Shown here: piece after piece, positions 11,283 through 24,349 of the stretch
How positions within the stretch are numbered: position 1 is the stretch's first letter
Layout of the letters: every line of letters begins with the position of its first letter
Assembly: GCA_963727525.1 (NCBI GenBank)
Contig: CAVSGO010000003.1
Location: 1 to 64,000 of the forward strand
From: an uncultured bacterium
GTDB lineage: Bacteria > Krumholzibacteriota > Krumholzibacteriia > LZORAL124-64-63
Length of the DNA: 64,000 nt
Direction: 5' to 3'
Translations under genes and position numbers: made by a program
The notes under the pieces: generated by a model
Seen by the model: only the letters and a program-made list of their open reading frames with translations
Told to the model about the DNA's origin: nothing
Database searches by the model: none

Positions 11283-13080
11283 GCGATCGCCTCGAAGAAG
11301 GCGGCGTCGGGGACGCCGAGCACCGGCACGACGAGCGCGCGGTCGAGGTAGTCGTTGCGCATCTCGCACGAGGTCTCGGCGACCAGCGCGCAGCCGTGGC
11401 AGGCCGCGCCGTGGAGCCAGCGCTCCTCCATGCTCTCGCCCGGCGCGTGCTGGGCGCAGATCGGGTCGTTCGAGCACAGCGCGCCCATCCGCAGCGCCTG
11501 CAGCGAGATGGTCCTCGATGTGCCGCGCCTCCTGCACCAGTCCGCCGAGCGTGCCCTCGGCGTCGGGGCTGCCCGTGTAGAGGAGGATCCCGAAGCGCTC
11601 CGCCTGCAGCGTCGGCGTAGATCCGCTCGCGGATGGAACTGGCCGGATAGCCGCAGCGCATCGCGAGCGACTGGATCAGCAGGTGCGAGAGCGTGTGCAG
11701 CAGCACGTACGGGCCGCCCGGGAACGGGCGCTTGGCCTTGCGGTCCTCCATCCAGCGCTTGTGCCCGGTCGCGAGGCCGTCGAGCCGCTGCTGCGACCGC
11801 CGGCCGGCCGAGCCACCTCTTCACCGCGTCGGCGCGAAGCTGGAGGAAGACGCCCTCGCCGCGATTCTCGACCGCCGGAAACCACTGCGGCTCCAGCGCG
11901 ATCTGCGCGCGCTCCACGTCGGTCTCGTACTCGCCGTTGATGTCCGGCGTCACCGCCTCGAAGCGCGTGAACCCGATCAGGGCCAGAACCTCGCGCAGCC
12001 GGTGAAGCTGGATGACCGCCTCGATCCCGTCGAAGCGCTCGGAGTGGCGCCAGGCCCGATCCGGCAGGCGGCGCGCGTGGAAGTTCGGATCGACGGGCAC
12101 GTCGTCGCCGAAGCCCTCGGGCGCGGCGAGCAGCGCGTCGAGCTCGACCTGCTTGACGGGCCGCTCGCCTTCCCGACCGCCCTTGATCTCGCGAATGGCC
12201 TCGAGGACCTCGTCGTCGCGCAAACGGCGCGAGCTTCTCCGTGATCTTCGGCTTCTTCTTGAGGAACGCGAGATCGGCGGCGTCGTCGACGATCTGCAGA
12301 TCGTCCCAGAGCTCCCGCACGGCCGTCTCCACCGCCGTCCCGCGGTCCGGGAGCGACAGCACGCTCACCACCTGCGGGAAGTAGGCGTTGGAGGCCGTGC
12401 GGATGAGCAGGCGGCTCGGCAGCTTGCAGTCCTCGTTCGAGTTCCGGCCGAGCCACGGCCGCGCGCCGCGGCAGGTGCCGAGCGGGTTCAGCTCGATGAC
12501 CGTCGCCTCGTAGAGACCGCGCGACTTGCCGCACTCGCAGCGCACGACGAGGTCGGCCAGGTCGCCGCTCGTGCCGCGCTCGTCGAGCCAGAGCTGCCGT
12601 CGGCAGTTGTCCTCGGCGCCGTGCACGAAGCGGCGCCAGTCGAGGTCGTCGACGTGCCCCTTCGGGCAGGCCCGCACGAAGCGCGTGGCGACGACCGGCC
12701 GGCCGTCGAAGCGGCCCTTGTCGTCGAGCGCCTTGCGATGGACCAGCCGCCGGGAGCGCTCGCGCTCCTCGCTGCCGCCGGCCTCCTGCACGACGAACCA
12801 CTCCGGGAAGCGCCACGCGCCGATGCCCCTTGGCCGGCTCGCGCGGATCGTTCGAATCCGGCGGCGGCGCGATACAGCCTGCGGCGCCGCGACGCCCGTC
12901 ATGATCTGGAGCTTGCGCGCGAGCCGGGGCTCGACGATCTCCTCGAGGTCGCTCGTCTTCGGCCAGGTGTCGAGGCCGCCGACGATCGCCGAATGCCTGC
13001 GGCAGGTCGATCAGCGCGCCGGGCCCGTAGGTCGTGATGACCTGGCCGCGGCGGATCTGCCCGTGCGCCTTGCGGCTCAT
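11279..13080 (-). CDS. drmB: DISARM DUF1998 protein DrmB (frameshifted)
   Basis: IRRGQVITTYGPGALIDLP, RFVRACPKGHVDD, ASNAYFPQVVS, LLHTLSHLLI, and the C-terminal CSNDPIC...GAACHGCALVAETSCE Zn site. Confidence 0.9.
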
Positions 13081-16000
13081 GCGCGATCCTCCACCTGCGA
13101 TGCCGCTCAGGTCCTTCAGGAACAGGTTCACCTCGGGCTCGACGTCGCGGAGCGAGCGGTTGGCCCGGAACTTCCGGTGGTGCTCGGACTCGAAGTCCTG
13201 GTCCAGCATCTCGCGAAGCAGCGGCTTGGGCTGCTTCAGCTCGTACTTCTGGTACTGCAGCGCGACCCCGGCAGCGTGGTAGTCGTCGAAGATCTTCCGC
13301 CAGGAGTCGAGCAGGTCCACGACCCGGTTCTGCACGCTGCGCAGGCGTTCCTCGCGCTCCGCCTCGTCCGCGAACGGCTGCTGGCGGACGCGCTCGAGGA
13401 AGGCGTCGAGGAGCCGGCGCTCGAGCGCCGCCCGGACGTCCGCGATCCGCTCGGCGCCCTGCGGCGGCGTCAGCTCGGGCTCGGCGTGCCGCGCCAGGCC
13501 CACCAGCGCCCCGGCGAAGCCGCGGTCGAGCGCGCGCGCCGAGAAGGGCGTGACGCTCGCCACCTCGACCGAGCGGTAGAAGGTCTCGTGGTAGTGCCGG
13601 AAGCGCTCGTAGTGCGAGCGGTCGCGCGGCTTGTGGATGTTGAGGAGCGTCACCACGAGCCCGGGCCGCTCGTCGTCGCGGCCGACGCGGCTCGTGGCCT
13701 GGATGTACTCGGCGTGCGTCTTGGGCTGGCCGAGCACGACCATCAGCCCGAGCCGCGGGATGTCGAGGCCCACCGAGATCATGTTGGTCGCGATGGCGCA
13801 GTCGACGCGCTGCTTGATGTCGTGGAAGCCGACCTCCAGGCGCCGGCGCGCCTCGGCCACCTTGTCCGTGGGCACGCGCGAGGTCAGCTCCACCACCTCG
13901 GAGAAGTTCTTGCGGTCCTGGAAGAGCCCGCGCTCCTCGCCGACGCGCTTGCGCGCCGCCGTAGGCCTTGATCGTGTTCTGGACCTCTTCCTCGAGGATC
14001 CGCCGCGCGCCGCCCAGCTCGCGCAGGCTGTTGAAGTAGCCGAGCACCGTCATGTAGGGGTCGGCGGGGTTCTCGTGGTTCTTGTGCCCGCCGGCGTCGC
14101 GGTAGGCAGCGCTCGGCGGCGCCCATGAGCGCGAGCCACGCCTTGCGCATCATGACCTTCGGGTTGCGTCCCTGGGCCGCGATGCCGAGGTAGAGCCGCG
14201 CGGGCACCTCCGAGGCCGGCACCGTCCTGGCGAAGAACGAGTCGCGCCGGTCGGGCCCGGGCGGCGGAAACACCTGCGTCAGCGGCCGCGCGAAGAGCGC
14301 CTGGATCTGGTCCTGCGCCCGGCGCACGGTGGCGGTCGAGGCGACGATCTTGGGCCGCACCGCGCGGCCGTCGATCTCGCGCACGCAGAGCGCCTCGATC
14401 GCCGCCTCGTAGAGCCCGGCCATCGTGCCGAGCGGCCCCGAGATCAGGTGCAGCTCGTCCTGGATCACGAGGTCGGGCGGCGGCAGCGGCGCGGCGAGGC
14501 GCGTGCCCCTGCCCGGCTCCGCGGCCCCGTAGAAGCCCGTTCGCGTCGTGCCGGTCCGCGCCGCCGAGCAGCGCCCCGGACTGCCCGACCCACGGGAGCG
14601 AGGCGAACTTGTCCACCGTCGCGATCAGGAAGGCCGGAAGCCGCCGGTAGATCGGCTCGTCCACGGCGACGATCGGCAGCGCGCGGTCGCGCGTGAAGTC
14701 GCACTCGAAGTTCGTGCAGACGATGCGCAGCTCGCGCGGCTGGTCGTCATTCGGGCAGGAGCGCGAAGGAGTCCGGCTCGAAGCGCGTGCCGCACCAGGG
14801 GCAGTTCTCGAGCGGGATCGGCGAGGGCTTGCTCTTCGGGTCGTTCTTGAACTGCCGCACCTTGGTGCGCGCCGAGTCCGAGCGCCCGTCGCCCTTGCGC
14901 CCGAGGATGTTGGGCGTCGCCGCCTTGCCGACCCAGAGGCCGATCTCGAAGGGCCACTCGCCGTAGCGCGCGACGTCCTTCTCGCGCTCGAGCTCCAGCG
15001 CGCAGACGAGCCCGGCGGCGCGGGCGAGCTGATCGAGCGTGAGCAGCCGCAGCGTGTAGCGCATGATCACGCTCACGCCGGCGCCCGCGAGCCCCTTCTC
15101 GCCCGGGTGGCGCAGCCGGCGCAGCACCATCGTGAAGGCCGCGAGGCCGAGGTAGGCCTCGGTCTTGCCGCCGCCGGTCGGGAAGAAGAGCAGGTCCACC
15201 GTCTCGCGGTTGCGGATCGCGCGGGTCGGCGAGGCCGGGCAGGTTCAGCAGGATGAAGGCGAGCTGGAAGGCGCGCCAGCGCGGCGTCTCGATGCCGAGC
15301 CGCTTGCGGAGCGCCCGCGCCACGGCGCGGTTCGCCACGCGGAAGGCGTCGAGGGCGTCGGCGTCCTGGGCGAGCACGCCGATGCCGCGCTCGATCCGGT
15401 CGGCGGCGATGCCCGCGAAGCGCAGCAGCTCCTCGGCCGTCTCGCGCCGCGCTCCCTGAAGCGCCGCGATGCCCGCTCGCTGCGCCTCGATCCAGTCGCG
15501 GTACTGCGCCACCAGCGGCCGCAGCGCCGCCTCGGCCGCGGCGCCATCGGCGAGCGCCCCGAGCGCTTCCATCGAGAGCTCGACGCCCGGCACGTCCACG
15601 GTCGCCGTCTTCTCCACCTCGGCGCTCGGGATCCACGCGGTGCGGAGCAGGCGGCACGCGCCGTCCACGATCTCCCAGTCGGCCGAGACGCCGTGGCCGG
15701 TCGCGTACTCGGGCGTGTCGGCGTAGTGGAGGTCGGCGACCTGCTCGTCCCACTCCGCGGCCCGCGCGCCGCGCAGGTCCGGCCGCGGGACGAAGGGGCG
15801 GTCGCTGCGCACCTCGAGCTCGGGCTGGAAGACGTAGGCGAGGTCGGGCTCGCCCTGTCCGGCGCGACCGGGGTGCGGTGGTTGACGAGGAAGACCGAGA
15901 CCGAGCGCGTGCCCTGCGGGATGTGCTCCTCGAGATCCTGCGCGGAGATCGGCCGCTCGACGACGTGGAGCTGGAGGCCGCCGGAGTCGGGAACGTCGTG

Positions 16001-16496
16001 CACCACCGGATCGCTCGCCCCCGTGAGCGTCACCGGGACCGTCGCCTCGCGCGGATGCCGCTGCCAGACGGAGAGCGGCTTGCCGTCCGCGCCCTCGATC
16101 TCCGTCTGCGCGTAGTCGCCCCAGCGCACGGTCACGGCGAGGGCGCGCGTCTCCTTCGGCACGAGGAAGCTCAGGCCCATCGACGAGGGGAAGAAGCCCT
16201 TCTTCGCGGCCTTGCGCTCCTCGTTCGACTCCTCGGCGAGGCCCGCCGACTCCGGGATCTCGCTCCGAGGTCGTCGTCCTCGTCGGCGTCGGCGCTCTTC
16301 TCGGGCGGCGTGCCCGACGGGATCAGGAAGCCGGTGAGGTACCAGTTCGAGGGCCGCACCCAGCCCGGCAGCCGCTCCTCGGCGAGCGCGTGTCCGGCCC
16401 AGGGGCCGACGAGGTCGAGCTTCAGGGCCTCGACCAGCCGCGTCGCGCACTTCCAGGGAGTCGGCGGGCGCAGTGCGTCTCAGCTCGCGTGGTCAT
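13077..16496 (-). CDS. drmA: DISARM helicase DrmA (frameshifted)
   Basis: WRAFQLAFILLNL, LLFFPTGGGKTEAYLG, MRYTLRLLTLDQ, IQDELHLISGPLGT, ASTAT, ATNMISVGLD and EYIQATSRVGR. Confidence 0.9.
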
Positions 16497-19400
16497 GAGA
16501 AGAGGTCCTCCGTGTCCGGTTCCTTGGGCGCGCGCTTCGCCGCCGGCTTCTTGCCGCGCTTCTTCGCTGCGGCGGCGCCGGAGCGGGCCTCCTCCTCGCG
16601 CGCGCTCGGCGTTGAGCTCGAGCAGGCGGGCGAGGACCTCGTCGCGGACCTCGTCGGGCCAGCGGTAGCGCCAGGGCTTCTTCTTGTTGCCCCACTCCTC
16701 CTCGTCGATCTCGTAGTCGAGGAGGAACTCGCAGTCGGTCGGGATGTCGCTCCAGCCGTAGGCGTCGAGCACGGCGCGGTCCATGGCGGCGTGCAGCTCG
16801 CGGAGCTTGACGATCTCCGGGTCGCGCTCGTCGGGGTCGTGGAAGCGGTTGTAGGTCTTGGTCAGGCCCTCGTCGTTCCGGACCATGAGCGCGGCGCGGA
16901 ACTCGTAGTAGGCCTTGCCGGCGGCTTCGAGCGCGGGTCGGTCTCCCAGTCCTCGGGGAACGGGAAGGTCTCGAAGCAGTCGGAGGGGGTGTAGCGGAGG
17001 TCGTCCTTCATCGACGACCGAAGAAGCGCGCCCAGATCTCGTGGGGGCGGGACTGGAGGACGCAGAAGGCGGCGTAGCTGTCGAAGCGGAAAGACGATGA
17101 GCTGTCGGCGAAGACCATGCCGCTGGCAGAAACGCGAACGCCAAGTGCGTGCTGATCTGCGCGATCGACCAAGACGCGCTCCAGCTCCGCGATAGCGTCG
17201 TGCAGAGCTCGGCTCGCGTCTCGCCAGAACTGCCACCAGCGTTCTCGAGCGCTGCTGCGCGTTCTGTAGCTTCGTCCGCTCCGGCTTCACCTTCGCTTCG
17301 ACGATCGCCATCAGGTCAGGCCAGCGTGCGCGGCACTCCTCCTCGCGTCATGTCGCCGAAGTTGATCACGTAGCGATGGTGCGCGTGCGTCGGGCTCGTG
17401 TTGACTCCTCGCCCCCGATGTACGGGAAGATCACCTCTGCGTTGCTGGGATCCTGCTCGATCAAGTCGCTGCATCTCGGCGAGCGGCGTGGCGACGCCCT
17501 TCGTGTCCGTGTCGTCGAAGGTGAAGCCCATGCCGAGGACGTATGCTGCCCATGAAAGCTCTTGCCTGCGTTCGCCGCGAGCCGCGCCGGGATCGTCGTG
17601 GCCGCCGCGATGGAAGAGGAACGCCGTGATCGTCTCGACCTCGCGTCCGTCGAGACGCGTACGGCGCCGGCGACGTCGCCCTTCGATGACGTGGACAACG
17701 CTGACCACCACCGCCGCCATGCCCGGCCACTTGACGCGCTTCGTCGCGCTGATAGATCTCGCCGCCGTGCGTGCAGATCCAGCGCAGGCCGCGTCGAGCG
17801 CGTGTCGCCTTGGCGCGATCGTGTTCGTGGCGATCAGACCGAAGCGCGCCGTCTTCGCGAAGCAGGTCGAAAGCGCGGCGGAAGAAGTGCGCGACGAGGT
17901 CGGCGTTCCCGTGGCTCTCCTCGTGGAGCTGCTTGCAGCCAGTCGAGGTAGCGCTCGCACGATTGCGCGCCGAGATCGTGTTCTTGCCCGCGAACGGCGG
18001 ATTGCCGACGATCGCATCGAAGCCCGGGTTCTCCCGCTCGAACACCTCCGGGAACTCGATCTCCCAGTGGAACGGCGCGAGCGGCGGCTCGGCGTGCCGC
18101 CACTCCTCGAGCCAGCCGCGGTAGCGCTCGGCCTCGCCGCTCACGACCGCGCTCGCGTACTCGCTCCGCTTCGCCTCGCGCTCCTTCGGCTTCTCGCCCT
18201 CGAAGAACGCCGCCAGCACGAGATCGCCGAAGAGCCGCACCTTGCCGAGCTCGACCTGCGCCTCGTCCCACAGGTCGCGCAGCTCCCAGTCGGAGACGCT
18301 CTCGTCCGCCTCGCGGATGCGCTGGCGCAGCTCGGCGACCTTCGCCACGTGCTCGCGCACCTGCATCGTCTCGAACCCGGCCTGGAAGCGCGGCGCGTCG
18401 GGATCCCAGTGGAAGGCCTCGATCTGCTTGCGCGAGAGCCCGACCAGCGAGTCGCCGTGCCGCAGCGCGTGGTCCACGAAGGTGAGCGCGTGGTCCTTCG
18501 CCAGCGTCACGAGCCAGAGCGAGACCTTGGCGAGGTCCACCGCCACGGGGTTCCGGTCCACGCCGTAGAGGCAGCGCTGCGCGATCAGCCGGCGCGCGAA
18601 GATCACCTCGTCCTCGTCGGGCGGGATCGCGGGCACCTCGCCGTGGGCGTGCCAGGCCTCGACCAGCGCGTCGCCGAGCTGGCGGCAGGCCTCGACCAGG
18701 AACGCGCCCGAGCCCATCGCCGGGTCGCAGACCTTGAGGTCGAGGATCTGCTCGGGCCGGGGCGGCCGGCCGTCGGCGCCGCGCAGGCGCGCGAGGATCG
18801 GCTCGAGCGTCGTGCGCACGATCGGCTCGGTGAGCGCGCGCGGCGTGTAGTGCGAGCCCGAGCGGCGCCGCTCCTCGCTCGGCTGGAGCACCATCGCGCC
18901 CTTCGGCACCAGGTCGGGCGTGGCGGCGAGGTCGATCACGGGCAGGAGCGCCGCGTGCAGGTCCTCGAGCGTCGCGGCCGCCGGCCGCGGCCTTCTTGAC
19001 CTTGTCGGTGAGCTTGCGGTCGGCGCGGTCCTGGAGCCACTTGTCGCGCTTGGCCGCGGGCTCGCGCGAGCAGCGCCTCGAGGTCCACCGCCGTGGGCGC
19101 GCCCTGCTTCTTCTGGGCCTTGATCGCCACCGAGCGGCCGGTCGCGGTCTCGAGCCGGAAGCCCATCATCGTCTCGTAGACCGAGCCGATCTGCTCCACG
19201 TCGAGCGCGCGGTAGGAGATGCGCTCGCCGTCGAGGACGAGGAGCTTCTCGAGCGCGCGGTAGATCGTGCCGTCGGGCACGAGCGGCGGCTCGATGCGCT
19301 CGTGGATCTGGCGCGCGCCGCCGATCGGGCGGCCTTCGAGGAACGGGAAGCGGTCGGGGTCGAAGAGCACGCCGTGGCGCTTGGGCAGCCGCATGGCGCC

Positions 19401-20495
19401 CGACTCGGCGCCGTCGTGGATCATGCGGAAGAGGACGAGGAGCTGCGCCCAGGCGCCGTAGCGCTGGTCCATCGTGTCCGGGAAGAGCGCGGCGTCCTCG
19501 CGCAGGCGCTCGTAGAGGCCCGCGAGCGAGTAGTAGCGCAGGAACGTCTCGTCCTCGGGCAGCATGTCCCGCTCCTCGGCGTAGAGCAGGAAGACGAGCC
19601 GCAGGATGACGGTGAGGAGCGCGCGGTAGACCTCGTCGGGGTGCTCGGCGAGCGGCTCGCGCAGCAGCTCGCCCTTCGAGGCGTCGTGGGCGGCCTGGAA
19701 GCCGCGCAGCAGCTCGTAGAGCGCGTGCAGCACCTGCTCGGCCAGGCGCTCGCTGACCTCGTTCTGGAACTTGCGGCTGTCCTCGAGCAGCGCGGCGAGG
19801 CGCTGCGCGCGCGGCAGGCTGAGAAGCCGCGGCTGGCCGAGGAGCAGGCGCAGCGCGGTCGAGATCGGCCGGCCCGCGGTCTGCACCATGTCCGCGACGC
19901 GGAAGTCGAGCCAGCCCGAGCTCTCGCCGCGCGGCGCGGAGACGAGGCGCAGCGCGCGGCCGTTGAAGAGGAGGCCCGCGGGCACGCCGGTCTGGCGCAG
20001 CAGCCGCTCCATGCGGCCGTGGGCCGAGGCCTCGAGCTGGCCGCCTGCCGCGCACGACGCGGTCGAAGTCCTCGCCGGGCTCGAGGACCCGCACGAGGAG
20101 CTGCCAGGGCGATGCGCCCTCCTTCGGGCTCGAGCTCGCGCACGGCGAAGTCGGGGCGCAGCGTCTCGCCGTAGTCCGGGAGCGGCACCTCGAGCTCGGG
20201 CGGGATCGGGCTCTCGGCGGTGCCGGCGTAGCCCTTGGGCGAGAAGCTCCAGCCGAGGACCGACTCGGCGAAAGCGCGGAAGTCGGGCAGGTACGGGACC
20301 GGGCCTTCCTTCGGGTCGAACGTCGCGCTCCTCGACGCAGGCGCGCAGGAGCCGCTGCCCCTCGGCGTCGCGCCGGTCGAGGATCGCGCCCGCGCGCACC
20401 AGCGCCGGCGCCGAGACGACGAGGCCCGTCGGCCGGACGAAGCCGAGCCACTCGAGGTGCGCGAGGATCTCGGGGTCGAGCTTGGCGCCGGCCAT
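16493..20495 (-). CDS. drmMI: DISARM class I N6-adenine DNA methyltransferase DrmMI (frameshifted)
   Basis: GSHYTP, motif I CDPAMGSGAFL, YGVDRNP, motif IV GNPPF, and C-terminal LTKTYNRFHD / MDRAVLDAYGW; lies between drmD and drmA. Confidence 0.85.
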
Positions 20496-23400
20496 CAGTT
20501 CGTCTCCGGCCAGAGGTAGACGAGCCCGACCGGCTCGACGCGCTGGGCGCGCACCTCGTAGAACTCGCGGATGCGCTGCGGCTCGTGCTCGAGGTCGCGG
20601 TCGAACTGCTCGAGGCGGATGCGCCAGGAGCGCATGTCGGATTCGAGCTGACGCTTCTCCTCGTCGTCGAAGTCCAAGCGTGAGCTGCTCGAACTCGCTC
20701 TCGTGCTTCGCGAGCTCCTCGCGCACGCGCTCGCGCTGCCGCTCGAGGGTCTCGCGCAGGTCCTTCTCCTCGCGCTCGCCGCGCTGTCGTGAGCTTGCTC
20801 GATCGCCAGCGCCGCCAGCTCCTCGGCCCGCGGCTCGAGCTGGGGCAGCAGCTCCTCGATGTCGCGCGGCGCCGCGTCGAGGAGCTTGTCGCTGGATCGC
20901 CTCGCTCGGGCACGTGGCGGCCGCGGTCGCCGAGCGAGCGCTCGAGAAGGTCGAGCGTCTTCGCCTCGGCCTCCCGCGCGTAGGCCGTGAGCGGCCCCTT
21001 GCGCTGCGACGGCTCGACCCAGCGCGCCGCGAGCGGCACCAGCTCCTCGTGCAGCCGCTCGGCGCCTCGGCCGTAGAGCGAGAGGCGGCCGAGCAGGATC
21101 ACGCGCGGGATCGAGTCCGCGGCCTGCGCGAGGCAGGCGCGCGAGAGGTCGTGGTGGATGAAGCCCTGCGAGCGGAAGCGGGCGAGCAGGCGCTGGGCCA
21201 CCCGCTGCTCGAGGTGCAGGTGGACGGTGTCCTCGGTGAGCACGCCGGCGTCCTCGAAGACGACCGGCCGGATCGGCGCCTCGCGGCGCCAGTCGGCGAG
21301 CTTCTGGTTCTGCTTGCGCGGCGCGCGGAGCGTGTCGAGGGTGGCGGCCCAGCTCGGGTCGGTCTCGGCGCGGCGGTCGAGCGGCGGGAAGGTCCAGACC
21401 GGGTCGGCCGTGCTCGTCCCGGGTCTCGCGCGAGCGGCTCGGCGCCGAGGAGCTCGAGCGAGCAGGAGAGCGCGTCGCGGAACGGCGCCGGCTCGAAGCC
21501 GACCCAGTCGCGCGACGCCTCGAGCAGGTTCTGGCAGCGCTCGATCTGCGCCTTCAGGTCCTCCTGGCGCTCGCGCGCGGCCTCGAGCTCCTCCTCGGTG
21601 ACGCGCTTGCTTCTCGGCGTCGAGGTCCGCCTGCCTCGATCTCGCGCGCGAGCCGCTCGGCGTCGCGGTGGCGGATGCCCTGGCCGAGCCGGCGCTCGAT
21701 GTCGTCGTCGATGACCTTCGAGAGGCTGCCGAGCTCCTTCTTGATGGTCTCGGTCTTCCTGACGAGCACCTCGAGCACGCGGTCCTCGACGCGCTGCGGC
21801 AGCACGAAGTAGTGGCAGCGGACCTCGGCGGCCGGCTGGAGCTTGCGGTCGATGCGGCCGTTGCGCTGCTCGATGCGGCCGGGGTTCCAGGGCAGGTCGA
21901 AGTGGAAGAGGTCCGCGCAGTGCGCCTGGAAGTTCAGGCCCTCGCGGGCGGCGTCGGTGGCGAGCAGGATGCGCAGCGGATCCTTCCGGATCGGTGTTGA
22001 AGCGGCGCTGGATCTCCTTGCGCCGTGCGCCGCTCGTGAGGCCGTCGATGACCTCGATGCGCTCGTCGGCGCGGTCGGTGCCCTCGATCGCCTGCTCGAG
22101 GATCGTCTTCAGGTAGCGCTTCGTGCCCTCGCGGTTCTCGGTGAAGATCAGGACGCGGCGGTCGTTCCACTTCGGAGGCGCGCCCTGTCGGCGCGCTTGC
22201 CGAAGGGCGGCAGGTCCGGGCAGAGGTTCTCGCGGATCCAGTCGATGAGCCGGCGGGTCTTGGCGTCGGGCAGGTGGCGCGTCTTCTCGGCGATCTCCTG
22301 CATCTGGTCGAGCAGCGCCTGCTCGCGCCGCCAGAGCGCTTCTGCGGCGGCGTCTCGGGGCGACTCGGCCTCGGCCGCGGCGGTGACCGCCTCGATCTGC
22401 GGCGTCCTCCTCGGCCTCGAGCTCCTCGGGCGTCCACTCGCCGCGCTCGTCGTCGGCGTCGGGCGCGGTGGTGAAGAGCTCGAGCCTGCGTCGTCGCTGT
22501 CCTCGCCGGCTCGGCGTCGGCCGCCTGCGCCTTCTCCCACTGCCGCTCGACCGTCGCGCGGTGGACCTTCAGGCTGCGCGCGAAGGCCTCGATCGACGAG
22601 AGCAGGCGCTGCTGCAGGCCGACGACGAGCAGCCCCGCGGCGGCCTGCGCTCGGCGCGAGGTGCTCGCGAAGCGCTCCTCGCGCGCCGTGCGGTACTCGT
22701 CGAGCAGGCGCGACAGCACGAGCTCGGGCGCGTCGTCGGGCAGGCCGTCGATGACGACGCGCTCGACGTCGCGCTTCGGGAAGCCGCCCTGGACCTCGCG
22801 GATGTCCTCCTTGAGCCGGCGCACCATGACGTCTTCGAGCGCCTTCTTGCCGCGCACCTTGACGCCGCGGGTGAAGCGGTAGGGGTCGAGCAGCTCGAGG
22901 AGCGTGGAGAAGCTGTTCGAGTGGCCGTTGTGCGGCGTGGCCGAGAGGAACAGCCGGTGCTCGAAGCGGCCGGCAGAGGTCGCGCACGGCGCGGGTGAAC
23001 TTGGTCTCGATGCCGTAGCGGCCGCCGCTCGACGGCGCGGCGTGGTGGGCCTCGTCGAGGATCAGGAGGCTGCCCGGGCAGCAGTCGGCCCGAGCCACTC
23101 CCGCATCGGGTCGGCGTAGGTCGGGTCGATCAGCAGGTTGTGCGAGACGAGGAAGCGGCTGTGCGTGCGCCACGGGTTCACGCCGAAGCCGCGCTCGCGG
23201 CGCATCCGCGTCAGGTAGGCGCGGTCGAGGATCTCGAAGACGAGGCCGAAGCGCTCCTCGAGCTCGGCCTTCCACTGCTCGAGCACCGAGGGCGGCGCGG
23301 CGACGACGATGGTCTTGGCCTTCTTGCGCAGCAGCAGCTCGCGGGCGATCAGGCCGGCCTCGATCGTCTTGCCGAGGCCCGTGTCGTCGGCGATGAAGAG

Positions 23401-23814
23401 GTTGACGCGCGGCAGGCGGAGCGCCTTGCGCAGCGGCTCCATCTGGTAGGCGTCGATCTTGATGCCGGCGCGGAACGGCGCCTGGAAGAGGTTCGGATCG
23501 GTGGCCGTGACGCAGTTCCAGCGCAGCGTGTGGAGGAAGGCCGCGAACTGGCGCGGGCGCGTCGAAGCCCTTGGCGGCGAGATCCTGCCAGCCCTCCTCC
23601 TCGAGGATCCGGCGGTCGAGCTCGTAGTCCCAGAAGACGTCGAGGGACTGGCCCTGGGCGTCGTCGTCGGCGCAGGCGAGGCGGACGAGGGCGGACTGCG
23701 CCGGGCATTGTCGGACTCGACGACCTCCTCGACCAGCCAGCGCCGCGAGCGGACCTGGACCAGCTCGCCGGTGGTGGGGATGCTCCGGAAGCGCGGGACT
23801 ACTCGTGAGCGCAC
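20495..23814 (-). CDS. drmD: DISARM SNF2-like helicase DrmD (frameshifted)
   Basis: LFIADDTGLGKTIEAG, ILDEAHH, LSATPHNG, ATDAAREGLN, DLPWNPGRIEQRNGRIDR; C-terminus VEPVGLVYLWPETN. Confidence 0.9.
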
Positions 23815-23941
23815 TCTTCACAGGTGTGCCTCCGAGACAATGCTGGAGAGCGCACCATTGCCGTCGAAGCTCCAGGGTCGGCCGACATGGACGACTTTAA
23901 GTTTGGTGGTCGGGCCTGAATTGGATTCAGAAAAAGGGTTG

Positions 23942-24136
23942 TTATCCATCTCGTGCTATCGTCCCCCCGGATATTCTTATGCGTCTCAAGCCATTGATCG
24001 ACATCGTTTCTTCGGAAGCGCCACTGGCTCCGACCTTGGAAGCCGGGAGCCTTCCCCCGCTCGCCATCCGGTAGACCGTATCCTTGCTCAGACGCAAATA
24101 CGCGGCTACCTCGGCCAGTGTCATGAGGTTATCCAT
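23942..24136 (-). CDS. Excisionase-like HTH_17 DNA-binding protein
   Basis: LMTLAEVAAYLRLSKDTVYRMASGGRLPASKVG; probable frameshift afterwards. Confidence 0.75.
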   Translation of the reverse strand: MDNLMTLAEVAAYLRLSKDTVYRMASGGRLPASKVGASGASEETMSINGLRRIRISGGTIARDG

Positions 24137-24349
24137 CTGGATTGCCGCTTGATCATATTTAGGAATCAGTAGAGTTGCCTAGTGTTGCAGATTGATGCTG
24201 AGGTGTCAGAGGCGGCAGGCCCAGATGATCCAGGCACGCCCGATACTTGTCGCCATGCGCTGATGTAGGCAGGATAGATACCCGGATAGCGCCATGGCGG
24301 TCAGAAATGTGGCGCTCCCCTCAGGGCAACCGGCCAATACATGGCATTT

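Noticed and set aside
17398-21714. Long plus-strand ORFs opposite the DISARM genes
   Set aside because: Antisense shadows of high-GC coding sequence with no recognisable motifs.
10493-23814. DISARM genes as true pseudogenes
   Set aside because: Indels are dense, yet catalytic motifs and gene overlaps are preserved, which fits consensus error better than decay. This needs reads to settle.
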